A stretch of DNA of 64,000 nucleotides from Malacoraja senta (lineage: Eukaryota). Within the stretch, counting starts at the first letter, position 1. Every line of letters starts with the position of its first letter. Positions 25,591-39,614 of this stretch are shown here, one piece after another. The stretch is taken from positions 8,866,001-8,930,000 of the forward strand of contig CM075979.1 in NCBI GenBank assembly GCA_038087875.1, in the 5' to 3' direction. A model generated the notes under the pieces. The model saw nothing but the letters and a program-made list of their open reading frames with translations. It did not search any database and was not told the origin of the DNA. Position numbers and translations under genes: made by a program.

Positions 25591-27304
25591 GACAATTGGA
25601 TAGTGCTTTCAATGAGCAGGGAACAGTTATGAATTATTTTATAATTCGTTCAAAAGATCCAAATGTTATAACACTATGATGGCAGCACACGTCAGCTATA
25701 CCCTATCATTGAAAACATACTATCAAGAGTGTGGACTTAAAATACCGTTGGTAAACTGTTTTTGGCACAGTTCAGGGTGTTCATAAAAGACTTGACCACT
25801 GGTTCAAAGTCGCAACCTTCTTTAAAATATACGGTAATGGGTATAAAGAGCTCCTTCCTGTCAATGATGGCTTTACATCACCTTGTGATCCTTGTTCTGG
25901 TAAGAATTGTGTTATATTTATTTATTCATTGTATCTTTTTTGACATAGACACTAAAGAGTCTTTACATAATATTCATCATAAACTTGGTTTCTTTGAATC
26001 ATAATATCAATTATTTTCTCCAAAAAAATCTTCTCTTGTTTGTGCCATTTTTAGAGGTGCTATAATTTATTCCCTGAAGTTAAATAGAAGTTTTATAGGT
26101 TGTCAGTGGGCGGTTTATTTACCATAGACCAAAGGTTCTCTCTGGCCCTGTTTCTCATGCACTACTAGTTTGAACAGATAGGCTGAATTCAGCAATTAAT
26201 CTATGCCTCGCCTACATATCGAGCATAGGTTGATGCACAAACAAGAAATAGGCTCTGTCTTCAAAATGTCAAAAAGTGGTAACAGTATTTGAATTACTTC
26301 ATTTCGGATCTTGATAAAAACACATAGGTGTTGCAAAAACTCAATCAATTGCATGTAGGACAGTTTGGCTTCTACAAGTGATTTCTTGTTCAACCTGACA
26401 TAGGGAGAATTCTTTGGATGCCAAATTTAATGAGGTACAGACTTTTTATGTTACCTGGCTTCCAGCTGGCACCTTGTGCACTGTTATCAGAATTTCCGTG
26501 AAACTTTATTTTTGCTGAATAACATCAAGGAAGTTTTATTTGGACTTGAATGGTTGACCTTAGAAACTATGGAGTGGAAATTGTTCATCATGAGTTAAAG
26601 ATCAGTTATAATATTATACGTAAAAGGGACCTACATAAATTAAAGTTGTTTTATAGGATTTTGTCAACTTTTCTCATTGTAAAATGTAGAAAAAGCATCT
26701 TAAAGGGATGCTATTATCAATATGATTTATTTTTTTTGTAAGACGATCATGTTTTTACAACTGATGTTGTGTTGCCAGAAATCTTCTTAAGCTTACCCTT
26801 TGTTTCACCTTTTTTGCTGGGGCATTCTGAGATATCCCAATCAGTGTATCAAAACAGAGGAGGCTGTGAAGTATGAAAACTATTTGGCTCAGAGTCATGA
26901 GAAAGGGAAGATTGCAATTTTGTAGGAGGTAGATTATGAGCAAGTAGAAAAGAGCAAAGTAACCTAACAGCAGTGAAACTTTCTTGACCCAAGCTAGTTT
27001 GGCCCTAAATATGTTCAGGGTCAAGAAGCAGAAGTCCCTCCAATCAAAACATTCTGCTTAGGAAATAACTTTTTGTAACAAATAAAAACGAGGAAGCTGG
27101 TGTTGCATAGTAAACAATCTATTGTCACACTGGTCTGTATTAGCATGAAGCACCTAAATTCTTTCATGAACTTAGGCATTTATTAATTTTCTGTTTGCTG
27201 ACAATTTACATTTTTCAGCCATATTTGATCACTCTGTATGGTGAGGAACATTTTAATGCATGGAGAATTGCAATTAAAGGGATCAGTTTAAAAAAATTCC
27301 ACTT

Positions 27305-27530
27305 GCAGTAAAAAACAAACTGCTGGAACTCAGCGATCTGGCAATATCTGTAGAGGAAAATGGACAGGCAATGTTTCAGATCGGGATCCTTCTTCTGGAC
27401 TTCCGGAAGAACCGTCTTGACCCAAAATGTTGTCTGCCCATTTCCCTCCACAGGTACTACCTGACCTGCAGTTCCTCCAGAAGTTGTTTTTTTAGCTCAA
27501 GATTCCAGCATCTGCAATTTGGTGCATCTC
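27305..27530. repeat. Palindromic Penelope-derived short element
   Basis: Inverted arms meeting at CTTCTTCTGGA/CCGGAAGAAC. Confidence 0.65.
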
Positions 27531-27714
27531 CATTTGTAGTATTGGTCCAGAGTTTAGGACTTAAATTGTTGATGACATTCTCAGGTTTGGAGCAAGGAAA
27601 GTGGAGGAATTCAAGAGACCAGAATTGGATAAGAAAAATATTCATGGAGAGATAGTAGAATGGAAGAGTCGTGTACAGAGATATTCAAACCTAAAAAAAC
27701 TTAAGGCATTGGTA

Positions 27715-28295
27715 GATTGGAAGCTGAGGCTCTATAAGGCACAGGTCAGTTTGCATTTGGAGTATTGTGAGCAATTTTGGGCCATATCTGAGGAAGGATG
27801 TGCTGGCTCTGGAGAGGGTCCAGAGGAGGTTTACGAGAATTATCCCAGGATTGAGTGGGTTAACACATGCTGAGCATTTGACGGCATTGGGCCTTTACTC
27901 GCTGGAGTTTAGAAGGATGAGGGGGATAAACTTACCGAATAGTGAAAGGCCTGGATAGAGTGGATGTGGAGAGGATGTTTCCACTAGTGGGAGAGTCTAG
28001 GACCAGAGGTCATTAAAGAACGTTTCTTTTGGAAGGAGATGAGAAGGAATTTCTTTAGTCTGAAGGTGATGAATCTGTGGAATTCATTGCCACAGAAGGT
28101 TGTGGAAGCCAAGTCAATGGATATGTTTAAGGCAGAGATAGATAGATTTTTGATTAGTACAGGTGTCAGGGGTCATGGGGAGAAGGCAGGAGAATGGGGT
28201 TAGGAGGGAGAGATAGATCAGCCATGATTGAATGGCGGAGTAGTCTCGAAGGGCTGAATGGCCGAATTCTGCTCCTGTCACTTATGAACTTATGA
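27715..28295 (+). mobile_element. CR1 LINE 3' fragment
   Basis: LEYCEQFW, PYLRKDVLALERVQRRFTRIIPG, LGLYSLEFRRMRG and 3'UTR. Confidence 0.9.
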
Positions 28296-29149
28296 AGCTA
28301 ATAGCCAGCTGCCTGATTTTTCACTTGGCTTCACCATTGCATTTCAATGTGTTGGATCAGGTCACGTAATCAATGGTAGAGGGGTGGATCAATCCTTAAA
28401 AGAGGCAGATGTGTTTGGAGATTTCATGGTATTACTTATGCTGATCTAAGGTTTAAAATATAAGTGAGTCGGGAACTATTCCACATTGCAATATAATCAA
28501 CTACTCACTTTGGTACATTGGAAGCATGTGGCAGATTACCTAATGAGAAAATTGTTGATTTCCCATTTCTCTTTTTTGATTTGTTTGTGCTGCCTTTACC
28601 ACTAACTTATTGATATTGATTGTTCATGGAGATTTGTCGTAATCATTATTGAAGAATTATGAAAACTTATTACTATCATATTAAGGGAATGTGTATATAT
28701 TTACCCAAATGTCGTTTCAATTTGGGAACGAGTTGCAGCATTTGAATATTTCATTAAACTAGCTGGATTGAAATTATTATCACTGGTGGAAATTCCTCCT
28801 TGCCATTGTACTTTAGCAACATCTGTTATTTTCATTGGAACTATTTGGTTGGAAATCAGTGATAAAAGTCAAACTGCAACATTCCATACATTTGATGCAT
28901 TCAAAAGTATTCCGCAGGAACAAATGATGACCCATTATCGCAAAATCTTTGATAAATTACTCCTTAATTATTTAAAGGCATAGTTACAAACCACTATTTA
29001 AGGAAACCTTTTGTGGTTGTATCTTGTCTACTACCTTTAAGTTGTTGTTCTTTAATTTGTGAAGTTATTTTAAGAACCTGACCTTGTGTAACTTAATGAC
29101 ATGAGAGATATCCAATTATCCTTTTATGTGAATGAAGAAATTGGGAAGG

Positions 29150-29445
29150 TCCAGTGCATTTTCCACATAAGGGATTAATGTCCAGCCAGTGATGCTGTTA
29201 AGTGAAAATGGCAACCATTAGACATATAGCAGGATTCTAGATAAAAGCCTGAATAATGTCTTGTGACCAGGTGATTGTGGAAAAAATATTGATCACTCTT
29301 CAGTAGATATCTCTATTATTTTTCAAATAGTACAGTGGGGTCTCTTAACATCCATACAAATAAACTGATATAACCTTCTTCAAAGGCCGACACCTGCAAA
29401 TGAGATGTCTTTTCTCAGAATTTGTACTGGTGTTGATCTGGATTT
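29150..29445 (-). mobile_element. Ancient Deu-domain SINE remnant
   Basis: Weak reverse-strand similarity to 18200-18510 and to the recalled DeuSINE core. Confidence 0.4.
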
Positions 29446-30527
29446 TAGGACAAATCATGCCACCTGATAGCTGGAGGTTTCCGTAAGGGGACCATTGCCA
29501 AACAATATTTTGTTCCTTCGATTTCTTGGAATTTCATTGTTGAACCCAGTGGCAGAGGAAGACTATGCTGCAGAGAAAGGGGGTTCGAATACATTTTGCA
29601 TCTGGCCCTCAACATATTGCTAAGACTGGCTGGAATGGTCAAAATGAAGTTAAGTGATTAACTTATTTTAATTTTAATAATATTAATTATTTGTTAGTAT
29701 TTTGATATGCTTTTATTACATTTGTTTTTATTTACAATTTTTTAAAACATGTCTGGGGTCAGAGTCTCAGGATATGCTGCTCGAGGCTGACTATTCACTT
29801 GTAACTTGCTTTACCTTGCAAGATATCGGCCAACTATGGGGGGTCTTCAGATTTTTTGACCCTCCTCATCCGTATAACATAAGCGTTGCTGAGACGTGTA
29901 TGGCCACCATGTTTGGGCAGTGGCTAGGAGCTGGGCAATCTGCTGTTGTATGTTCAAGTCCCATATATTCCATAAAGAAGATTGGCTAGTTTAATGATAA
30001 AACATATTATATTTGTGAAGTTAGAACAAATTTGTAGAAGAAATGTAAGGTCGCTGTTGACTTTTCATTATAAAACTTCAGCAACGAGATATATGACCTT
30101 TGATGCATATTTTTTAACTCTGCACTTGAACTACTTAAGTGCTTTATCTTTTGTGTTATGGTAGCAGTGCTCTCTAATGACATTGTATAAATGACACTGC
30201 ACAAGATTTGTACTCCTACCTCTAGATTTAAAAAAACATCAGGTGCATGAGGTAATTTGCTTTCTTTTTCCACTTTGGGGCTCTGGAGGAGGAATAATTA
30301 CAGTTTTGTATGATGTAGCTTTCAGTAAAAAATATTTTCTTTATAGTATAAATGTTACAAACCTTATTTTATCATCACAATAAAAAGCTGTGTATCCAAT
30401 AAAATATAGTTACAGTCTGTTCAGATTGAATTGTTTTGCCAAATCATGCAGCAGACCAAACTACTGTTGAATAATTAAAGTTTGAGTTTTACTAAGTTTT
30501 TTTTGTACTGATTTATGCATGTTTTAG

Positions 30528-30599
30528 GCTGCAGAAAGTCGGTATGAAGAACAAATCAGTAAACTTGTGGTGGAGAAGCAAGAACTAGAATGGCAAAAG
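30528..30599 (+). CDS. CCDC73: CCDC73 coding exon 2 (AAESRYEEQISKLVVEKQELEWQK)
   Basis: ttttag|GCT...AAG|gtattg; 72 nt, phase 0-0; resembles [24 protein letters not shown]. Confidence 0.93.
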
Positions 30600-32665
30600 G
30601 TATTGTATTGGCACATAAAAAATATGGTATAGTGTTAGAAATCATATAAAATGCATATTTTTCATAAATGGAGGAAGGTTTCTTAAATTGATGCATTTAA
30701 TGAAGCACCATAAAGGATTTGTAATGGTTTTGTTTGGAGATTATCCTTATCATGTAAAGCAAATCGATGATGTTTCTTGCTTATTTGATTGTTCTTTCTA
30801 ATCCAATTTCCTTTTGTTTGCCTCCTCAAAACCTGTATGTACGCTATTATTTGTTGGGAAGTTACAGCGCATTGGACACAACTAGGGAATTTATTTGGTG
30901 TGGTGCTACACTGATCTAAGATAGAAAATGTACACGTTAGTGACGACTTTGATTTTGAGTAATCTCCCAGCTGCAGACTTTACGACCCCATGACTATTGC
31001 GACTTTTGGTAATCTGGTGCTCAGTCATTCTTTCATGTTCTGGAGATTGATCAGAAGAGTAGCACCTTATATTTTTACATTTATTTATTTTTAAACCATC
31101 TTTGTATCAAATACTCTATTCTGCATACAATATTAAGATACAGCTAAACAGATTAGATTGAGAATAGATTATTGTACTGGTGTGATATCCACAACCAATA
31201 GTTGTGGATTAACTGCCGGAACTGTCTGTCATGTTAAAGTACTTGATACTCGTGTAGTGAACAACATTAGTTGTTGGCTTGATCACTATGTACAGAAAAG
31301 AAAACATACCCTGTGCAAACAAATTATTCATGCTGTATCCTAATATGTCTTGTTTGAAAACATCTCTGAAGGCATCCAGATTTATTGGCTGCCTTTGCAT
31401 GCCTCTCCTCCCTCAGCTTCAGTAAGGTTTTCTTTCTTTCTCCTCTGTTAACAGCATATCTCTCTCCCTTTCCTTCCTGCTTGTGCACGTTTTGTTGTCT
31501 CGGAGACCCAGAAAATCCTTTGGCTGGGTGGCTGAAGATCATGAAACACTTGGTAGGGGGTGTACCTGGAGTTTAATATGTTTGAGATCGATGTGGTGCG
31601 GCAAGCTGTCTGAGATAGGTATTGAGACTCGTTGGATTCGAGCCGAGGAACATTATTAATTTTGGTTTGTGTGTTGCTAATAATGTAGCAGTCATGGTTA
31701 CTGCATGTTAGAGTTTGTTTCTGTTGAAATGTTATTGATTAGAAAATTGACATGGAGAGAAAGAGGTTTGAGCTGTATGATTGGTGAATAACAAATGTGA
31801 AATAAGCCACTGAAGATTTTGAATACAGGCAGTAAAATACAGAGGTCATAATGTGTTGACAATAGTGACAGAATTAGATATTAAACAATTGCACATACAT
31901 TCAATTTGCTAACTTTGGAGAACAGGTTAATATTTCAATATATTTTGAACATAATGTAAAATTTGTTCACTAAATAGAAATCATTTATTCCACATATAAA
32001 ATGTGAGAAATGCTTTTTTCTGATTTTATTGCTGTATCCTAGAGAAATGTGTAGGAAGAAAGAACATTAATGATGGACAGTGTACTGTAAGATATTTTGG
32101 AATGTATTTGACAAGACCCATGACAAACAATTCCACTAAGTGACGAGCAGGGACATAATCCAACGTAGATTGTAGTTTTGTATATTTTACATAAGCATTT
32201 ATTAAGATAATGCGTATATTCAGCCATTTCATGAAGAAGATTTTAACCATCTGCTTTTTGGATTCTCCCTTTTTTTCTGCCCTTACCTGCTTTTATCCAG
32301 ATGACTGAACCCTGAAAACGAACTTTCCCTGTAGGCTTTACATTAAAAAATCACATCTAACCATTCTGCAAATTGTGATACTGATCTTGTTATATAAAAT
32401 TTTAACAAGTATATAGAATTTTTTAGGCATTGCAAATGCATTCAAATAATTATATGAAAAATCTAAGCTTGGCTTCAAACTGTATTTCAATTGAAATGCA
32501 AGAAACTAGAAATCATTTTACTGTTCTAATTTCTAATTTTTGGGGGGACAAAAATTCAGATTTATTGATTTAAAAAGTTGTGTTCAAATATTGTAATCGA
32601 TTTTGGGTGTTCTTTTTATTAATTGATAGTATAGTTTGGTTCACTGATGTTTATTTGTAATGCAG

Positions 32666-32737
32666 GAATCATTACAGCATCAATACAATGCACTATCCAG
32701 TCAGCACGAAGAAACCATAATTTCTCTGAAAAAACAG
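32666..32737 (+). CDS. CCDC73: CCDC73 coding exon 3 (ESLQHQYNALSSQHEETIISLKKQ)
   Basis: tgcag|GAA...CAG|gtatat; 72 nt, phase 0-0; resembles [24 protein letters not shown]. Confidence 0.9.
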
Positions 32738-33399
32738 GTATATTTATTTTGCGATCATTTAAGGAAAACATTTTTGACAGTGTAACAGTTTGCGATATAA
32801 TATTAACTTCTTATGATGCGTAAATTCTAATGGTGCAGGAGCTTTCTAATTTAATTTAGCACATATTGTTGGCTAATAGGAGTTTAATTTGTATTGTTAT
32901 TGTATTGTTGTAATGTGTTGTAACTTCTTTAGGACAACTCTTCCATTGTTTACCTTAGATGAATATAAGGCCATACCAAAGACAATGAATTATTGCTGCT
33001 TTCAACATAAATGCGCTATTATAGATTTAAATCCACAATAACGTGCCTTAATTAAAAGTGTTTTAAAATTGTTTAAATTCCTGTTGTTATACCATTTGTT
33101 TTCATATTTAAAGGATCTAATCAACACTACACTATTTATTTTATGCTCACGGTCTTAGGACATTGTTGGGTTTTGTGTGCTATCCAACACTGTTTAAATC
33201 TAGTATTTTGTCATTTATACATTAGTTTAGCTAAAATACTGATAGACATACTTATTCGATGTGTGGATCTTACACAGTATGGCGTTAAGAATTATTTTTG
33301 TGGCCTCAGACTGGAGAGTAAATTGCTGTCAAGTGGAAAGATGTTATGACATAGGCTTATTTTAGTTTTTTTAATATTAACTGGTGATGTTCCTTACAG

Positions 33400-33435
33400 T
33401 TTCAGACACAGGTAAATGCCGCAGAAGAGGAAAAG
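33400..33435 (+). CDS. CCDC73: CCDC73 coding exon 4 (FQTQVNAAEEEK)
   Basis: ccttacag|TTT...AAG|gtaatg; 36 nt; fits the LQMKMCALEEEK segment. Confidence 0.85.
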
Positions 33436-33527
33436 GTAATGCTTATTTTGAATACTAAAAACTACACAAGTATATTGTGTTTTTTATTTATAAAACTTGC
33501 CTATATGACATCTGTCTGGGGGAGGTA

Positions 33528-33972
33528 CAGTGCCCTCCATAATGTTTTGGACAAAGACCCATCATTTATTTATTTGCCTCTGTACACCACAATTTCTGAA
33601 GATGGCTGCAATACAGGCCTGGCAGAGCATCATCAAAGAATCCAAGCTACTGGTGATGTCCATGCATCGCAGACTTCAAGCAGTCATTGCATGCAAAGGA
33701 TATGCAACAAAATACTAAACATGACTACTTTCATTTACATGACATTGCTGTGTCCCAAACATTATGGTGCCCTGAAGTGGGGGGACTATGTATAAACACA
33801 GCTGTAATTTCTACATGGTGAAACCAAAATGTATAAAAATGGCATTTATTAAAATCTGACAATGTGCACTTTAACCACGTGATTTTTTTTCTATTACAAA
33901 TCTCAAATTGTGGAGTACAGAGGCAAATAAATAAATAATGGGTCTTTGTCACAAACATTATGGAGGGCTCCG
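33528..33972 (+). mobile_element. Tc1 deletion derivative
   Basis: TA|CAGTGCCCTCCATAATG...CATTATGGAGGGCTCCG|TA, TIR of about 65 bp; remnant MSMHRRLQAVIACKGYATKY* is a Tc1 transposase C-terminus. Confidence 0.92.
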
Positions 33973-34286
33973 TATGTGCAGAGAGAGGGGAAAAAACTGC
34001 TAGAACTTTGAAATATAGAATACTTCGTTCCTGGAAGTCTGATATGCAGGATAATTCAAGGAAAGCCTAACAGGTCAGGCCATATCTGCTGAGAGACAAA
34101 AAAAGTTGCATTAGAACTGGCCAGGCATTGAAATGCAAAACAACAGGCAAAGGCTGGATGTCTGTAACAACAATGGAAAATGGTGGAAATGCCCACGTTA
34201 ACAGGCAGCATCCAAAAAGGGAAAATGGACTTAAAGCCCTCAAGACTCTGTCTGTCTCTTCTTATGTCTATCTCTGTGTGTATCTC

Positions 34287-34426
34287 NNNNNNNNNNNNNN
34301 NNNNNNNNNNNNNNNNNNNNNNNNNNNNNNNNNNNNNNNNNNNNNNNNNNNNNNNNNNNNNNNNNNNNNNNNNNNNNNNNNNNNNNNNNNNNNNNNNNNN
34401 NNNNNNNNNNNNNNNNNNNNNNNNNN
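34287..34426. other. Assembly gap or masked simple repeat (140 N)
   Basis: N run flanked by TC/CA microsatellite. Confidence 0.95.
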
Positions 34427-35079
34427 TCACTCACACACTCTCACTCTCTCACTCTGCCTTTATTATTTTATGCTGTGATCAGGTTATCACATTTCCATCA
34501 GGTTTTCTCTTCTCTCTTCACTGTTCTGCCTCTATTTACATCTCCTCTGGACAGATTAGCTGACGTTAACAAGCCTGCAGCACCCTCTCCCTTCAGCAGA
34601 AATCTGTGTCATCCATCTTCGTCTCCAGACATTCCCTTTGTTCTTCCCATCCCTCCCTCTTCTCTGCAAGTTTAAACAAGCTTGTTTTTGAAATGTTTCC
34701 AGTATAGAAGCAGGGTCATTGACCTGAAATATTAATTTAATTTCTCTATCCACAGAAACTGCCTGTTCTGCTGAACATTTCCAGTGATTTCTATCTTTTG
34801 CCTTTTGATTATTATATATTTGTTGCTTTGCTGTTGTAGCCATTATTTTGGTCTCATGTTTTTCCTAAATGATAATTTTGGTAATTAATTATCAGTATGT
34901 TGATCTTGAAGGGAGATCTACAAAATTGTTTGTGTCATTAATTTTATCAAAACAATTATTAAATTTAAACAAAAATAATGGAAACGGAATGTGGTTTTAA
35001 TTTTAAATTTCAAAATCCCTTCATTCACTTCAACCTCAACAACAACCCACCAGCAACCACAAACACACAGTACTCCAAT

Positions 35080-36165
35080 CACAACTTGGTCATCTCACCT
35101 GTAGATCAGAGCATTGCCTTGATGGTCTGGTAGCCTTATCTCTACCATGCAGAGGCCAGATGGCAGCTCTCAGATGCCTCCTCATATATTCTCCTGAACC
35201 ATGGCCACACCGGAAACAAAACACCAGGCAACCACATTCTGCACTATCAGAGATTTCATCACAACAGGAGATCTCCCCACCACAACCCACAATCTGATAG
35301 TGCCCCAACCCTGCCTTCCAGCTTCTATCTCTTACCCAAATCCACAATTAGCATTGTCCTGCCAGGCTCATTTTTTCTGCCTGCTGTTGTCCCACTGAAG
35401 TTATCTCCTCATACCTGACACTATCCTGCCTCCCCGCGTCCAGTTCCCTTTCCACCTATATCCGGGACACCTTACAACCCCTCCACCATTTCAATCCTTT
35501 CATATGAGGCAAAACTTCACATGCACCTCTTCCAACCTTGTCTGTTGCATTATGACGTGGCCTTCTCTATATTGCTGATCCAAATGCAGACTGAGCAACT
35601 GATTTACAGAGCACCGGCATTCTATTTGTAATGGTCATCCCGACCTCCCATTTTCATGCCATTTCAAATCCTCTGCCACATCTGATACCCATTCCATCTA
35701 CCAATGAATTATCCCCCTAATGATTCCCATTATCACCATCCTTATCAGATTCCAGCGCCAGCAACATTTGGTGTTCCTGCTTATCACTTTCTAGAACCTT
35801 CTCCCTCCCTTCCACTCACATGGCTCCATCTATTTCCATTTTTTCCTCATTTTCTGATTTTTCTCCATCCATCATCTACCTGCCTCTGCCTCCCAACTCC
35901 ATCCCTTCCCCTCCTTTCCTTGCTCCTTCTGTCCATTATCCTTCACCCCACCTCAGTCCATGTCAGCTCGCTCTTCAGTCTTGCCATTCCTCCTCCCCTC
36001 TTTATACATACTATCTCCCCTCTTCACTCTCAGGCCTGATGCAGGGTTTCCTTAAAATGTTGACCATTCCTTTTTCACCCATGGGGCTGATTGACCCACT
36101 GAGTTTTTACAGAGATTGTTTGTTTGTGCAGACTCCAGCACCTGCGGCTCATTGTGTCTTGCTTT
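35080..36165 (+). mobile_element. Old Penelope-like element remnant
   Basis: Decayed RT pieces, GIY-YIG-like segment at ~35560-35670, pyrimidine-rich 3' region and degenerate terminal unit. Confidence 0.7.
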
Positions 36166-36468
36166 TAATGTGACTATTCACCAAAAAGGATATTTATACT
36201 TGATAATTCACGTAATTTATAACTCCAGTACTAAAGAAGTACACAAAAATCTGCTTCTCTAATAATATTTATATAATTATTCTTTGTGTGCATGACAGTT
36301 ATACAGCACATTAGAACAAAGAAATTTACTATTTGCATGAATTATGTTTAAATTATGTTTGGTTTTAAAATGTTAAATTAAAACATTTTTCATTTTGTTC
36401 AGTATATGCAAATCATTCTCTTTGCATGTGGGTTAGATTAATGTGATAATGTATACTGTCCTTTGCAG

Positions 36469-36543
36469 GGAAAATTCCAGCTTAGCTCAGAGGCAAAAGA
36501 AAGAGAAATCAATGGACTTAAGGAAGAATTAAAAGTACTGCAG
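36469..36543 (+). CDS. CCDC73: CCDC73 coding exon 5 (GKFQLSSEAKEREINGLKEELKVLQ)
   Basis: ctttgcag|GGA...CAG|gtaaca; 75 nt; resembles [25 protein letters not shown]. Confidence 0.93.
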
Positions 36544-36619
36544 GTAACACATGAATGAATGCTCGACATTCTCAAAGTGATGCAACAAGTGAGATATTAA
36601 ATAAGGATGAACACAGCAA

Positions 36620-36960
36620 TAGGCAGCACAGTGGCACACATGTTGGAGTTGCTGCCTCAAAGCTCCTGTGGCCAAGGTTCAAACCTAAATCTGGTGCTGT
36701 CTGTGCCGAGTTTGCAAAATCTCCCAGCAACCATATGGGGTTCCGCTTTGTGCTCTGGTTTCCACCCACACCCCAAAGATATGTGGATCTCTTAATTGGT
36801 CACTCTAAATTGGGTGGTAGTATCTGATGAGGGGTGGCTTGGTGAAAGAGTTGATGTATTTGTGGGGGAAAGGGTAACAGAAAAATTTAGCGGGTAATTG
36901 GGAATGCTTCGTGAGACAGCATACCCTGAAAGGGCCAAATGGTTTCCTTCTTTGCTGTAA
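36620..36960 (+). mobile_element. Old tRNA-derived SINE (HE1/V-SINE-like)
   Basis: GGCAGCACAGTGGCAC...GGTTCAAACC head, V-domain-like body, CR1-like tail. Confidence 0.7.
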
Positions 36961-38827
36961 GGAAATATAGACGTACGGAATTTAATCTGAAAAGCATTTT
37001 ATAGCCTGTTAACTTCAAATGTAATTCGAATAATTCCTAAATTAAACTGGATGTTACACAGCCAATGATTAGTTTATAAACTTTGTAATATCTTAAGGAA
37101 ATTCTGTTGGACAAGATAAAATGAGGTATGCAATCGAGTTTTTAAACAATTTATTGTTGCTTTGCATATAATTTGTCATTAAGCAATGTCAGATTAACAC
37201 AAATGATACATAATTGAAAATGAAACAACTAAACCAGAGGCCTGTAGTACTTTATAATTGTGCAAGTATTATAAAATTGTGCATTTGTTCATTTAGATTA
37301 TCATCCAATTATATGGAGTTTGTTAACAAAGGATTCCATGGTAGATGGTAAATATGCAATTGTTACACATTGCCACAAAAGCAACTGTAACTTTTTCCTG
37401 TTTTAAATAAAATGAGCCTAGTAAGGAAAGGTTAACTGCAACGTTTAAGGAAGCTAGTTTTTCAACCTTAGGTCACGGACGTGCACAGACAGGTTAATAT
37501 GCTATTTTATTTCCAATTATATTAAAAATTGGAATGGACAGTACTTATAATTTTAGATTAACACAGTGACAGCTGTTATTGCTCCATTAATAGAATTCAC
37601 ATCAACATGGACACAAATCATTTATTAACAGTAAATGTTATACAGCAGGACCAGATATATTTACTTAGTTAATTTTTGTAGGAATGGATAAATTCTGAAT
37701 AAAATAGAAGTTACTTCAAGCACAGTAAGTAGAGATAAAGTGCTTCTATGGATAGATTACCTGGGTAATTCGACAGCTGGATCTCAACAAAGCTGTATCC
37801 AAAATGCAGGCAATGACTGGAACCTTTACAATAACTCTTGGACTAGATGCTACTGACCTCATAAGTGCTGGCAAATATCATACTGTCTTATCTATATAGG
37901 TCTCAATATCATTTAATGTAAAAAATTCCATTATCTCACTTAGAGAAGGCCAAGAGTTCTTTTTATTGCTCTACAATACCTATGTGTCATGTGCAGCAGA
38001 GCACAGCAAATCCTATACATCACCTATGCTATGTCACAGACTGAACAAGCCAAACAAATCCTTACAGCCTCAGCGTAAAAGGTCAGGCAAGAGGAGATAT
38101 TTTGTTGGTTTTAAAAGCACATCCTACATTAACTGGATGATTAAAACAAGCAGAAGGTGACACAAATAACGAAGTACTTTGTTTAAAGAGGAATTTTAAT
38201 TAAATCAGAGTATGGAAAACAAAAAAATGGAATACTGAAGTTGTAAAAATAAACTGCTTTTTGCAATGATGCAGTAAGCAAAACATAGCTGTTCACTTGA
38301 GGATCAAGGTTCATCTCGCATTTTAAATTGAAATATTCTGTGCCACTTGCTTTACAGAATTGCCAGTCCCCAAAGGTTTCCTTAAATCACTTTGTGTGAG
38401 ATAGCAGGAAGCCAGCATCTTTAATAAATCTTTCAACAAATACAACTCAGAAGATATGAAGTGTAATAAATATAAATTAACCTTAGTGCTTCAAATTGTC
38501 TCCTGAATTCGAGCATATTATTATAATATATTTAGAAGGTATACGTTAAGTATTGTGTTACAGTCGTATTAACTATAGAAAAGGATAATAGTATTGAGTT
38601 AAATACCATTAAATATGTTAAAAACCATATGTTTTTTCGTGGTGTTTTATGTGTCTTTCCTCGATGTTTTGCAGTACATTACAAAATATATATTAAATAG
38701 ATAATGATGAATCACATTGTGCTTGTAGTTTTTGAAGTGATTTTGTGACAGCTTTTGAACAATTGCATTTCTTTGTTTTTATTGGTTATTTTCAATCTAC
38801 AAAATTATTAACACTAAGTCTCTGTAG

Positions 38828-38866
38828 GTTTCCAGGTATAATCTGGAGAAGAAACTAAGTGAGCTG
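38828..38866 (+). CDS. CCDC73: CCDC73 coding exon 6 (VSRYNLEKKLSEL)
   Basis: tctgtag|GTT...CTG|gtaagg; 39 nt; resembles VSKYSLQKKVSEM. Confidence 0.88.
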
Positions 38867-39009
38867 GTAAGGAAAACTTTGCTGTCCAGTCATTGTCAGG
38901 ACACATGGAGAGGTTGAGGAGTTGCAGGTAGAAAATATTAATGAGATAGGCCAACACTAATAGGTAAGAGGAAAGCAGTGGCTGCGACCTCAAACACTGC
39001 AAGAGAGAG

Positions 39010-39342
39010 TAGACACAAAATGCTAGAGTAACTCAGCGGGACAGGCAGCATCTCTGGAGAGAAGGAATGGGTGACGTTTCGAGTCGAGACCCTTCTTCAG
39101 ACTGATGTCAGGGGAGTGGGCGGGACAGAGATAGAATGTAATCGGACACATTAAGACTGGTGGGAGAACTGGGAAGGGGGAGGGGATGGAGAGTGAGGGA
39201 CAGCAAGGGCTATTTGAAGTTGGAGAAGTCAATGTTCATACCGCTGGGGGTGTAAGCTACCCAAGCGAAATATGAGGTGCTGTTCCTCCAATTTGCGCTG
39301 GGCCTCACTGACAATGGAGGAGGCCCAGAACAGAAAGGTCAA
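39010..39342 (-). mobile_element. Penelope-like element 3' fragment
   Basis: High similarity to 1076-1510. Confidence 0.85.
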
Positions 39343-39614
39343 GTATAGCTTCAATGGCATATAACTGATTGTTCAACTTATTTCAGGCAGTAAATACTGA
39401 TAACCTTTTTATAAATCTGTTTGTACTACAATTGTTGAGATTTTTTGGAGACTGAAATGTAAAAATTAAGATTATCTAGACAATATAAACATTCTGTATA
39501 TTTCTTTGTATTCTCAATATGTCAGTTACTGAACAAACGGTGTAGTTTTATTATGTGTCAAGTGCCTGTTCGTATAGATCATAATCCCACTGCTTCTTGA
39601 CCCCATTGTTTCTC

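Noticed and set aside
34056-34563. ORFs containing X runs
   Set aside because: Artefacts of the N gap.
36200-36220. TTCACGT match (and ACGTGAA near 42316) as further HDV-like ribozymes
   Set aside because: No flanking P1/P2/P3 complementarity.
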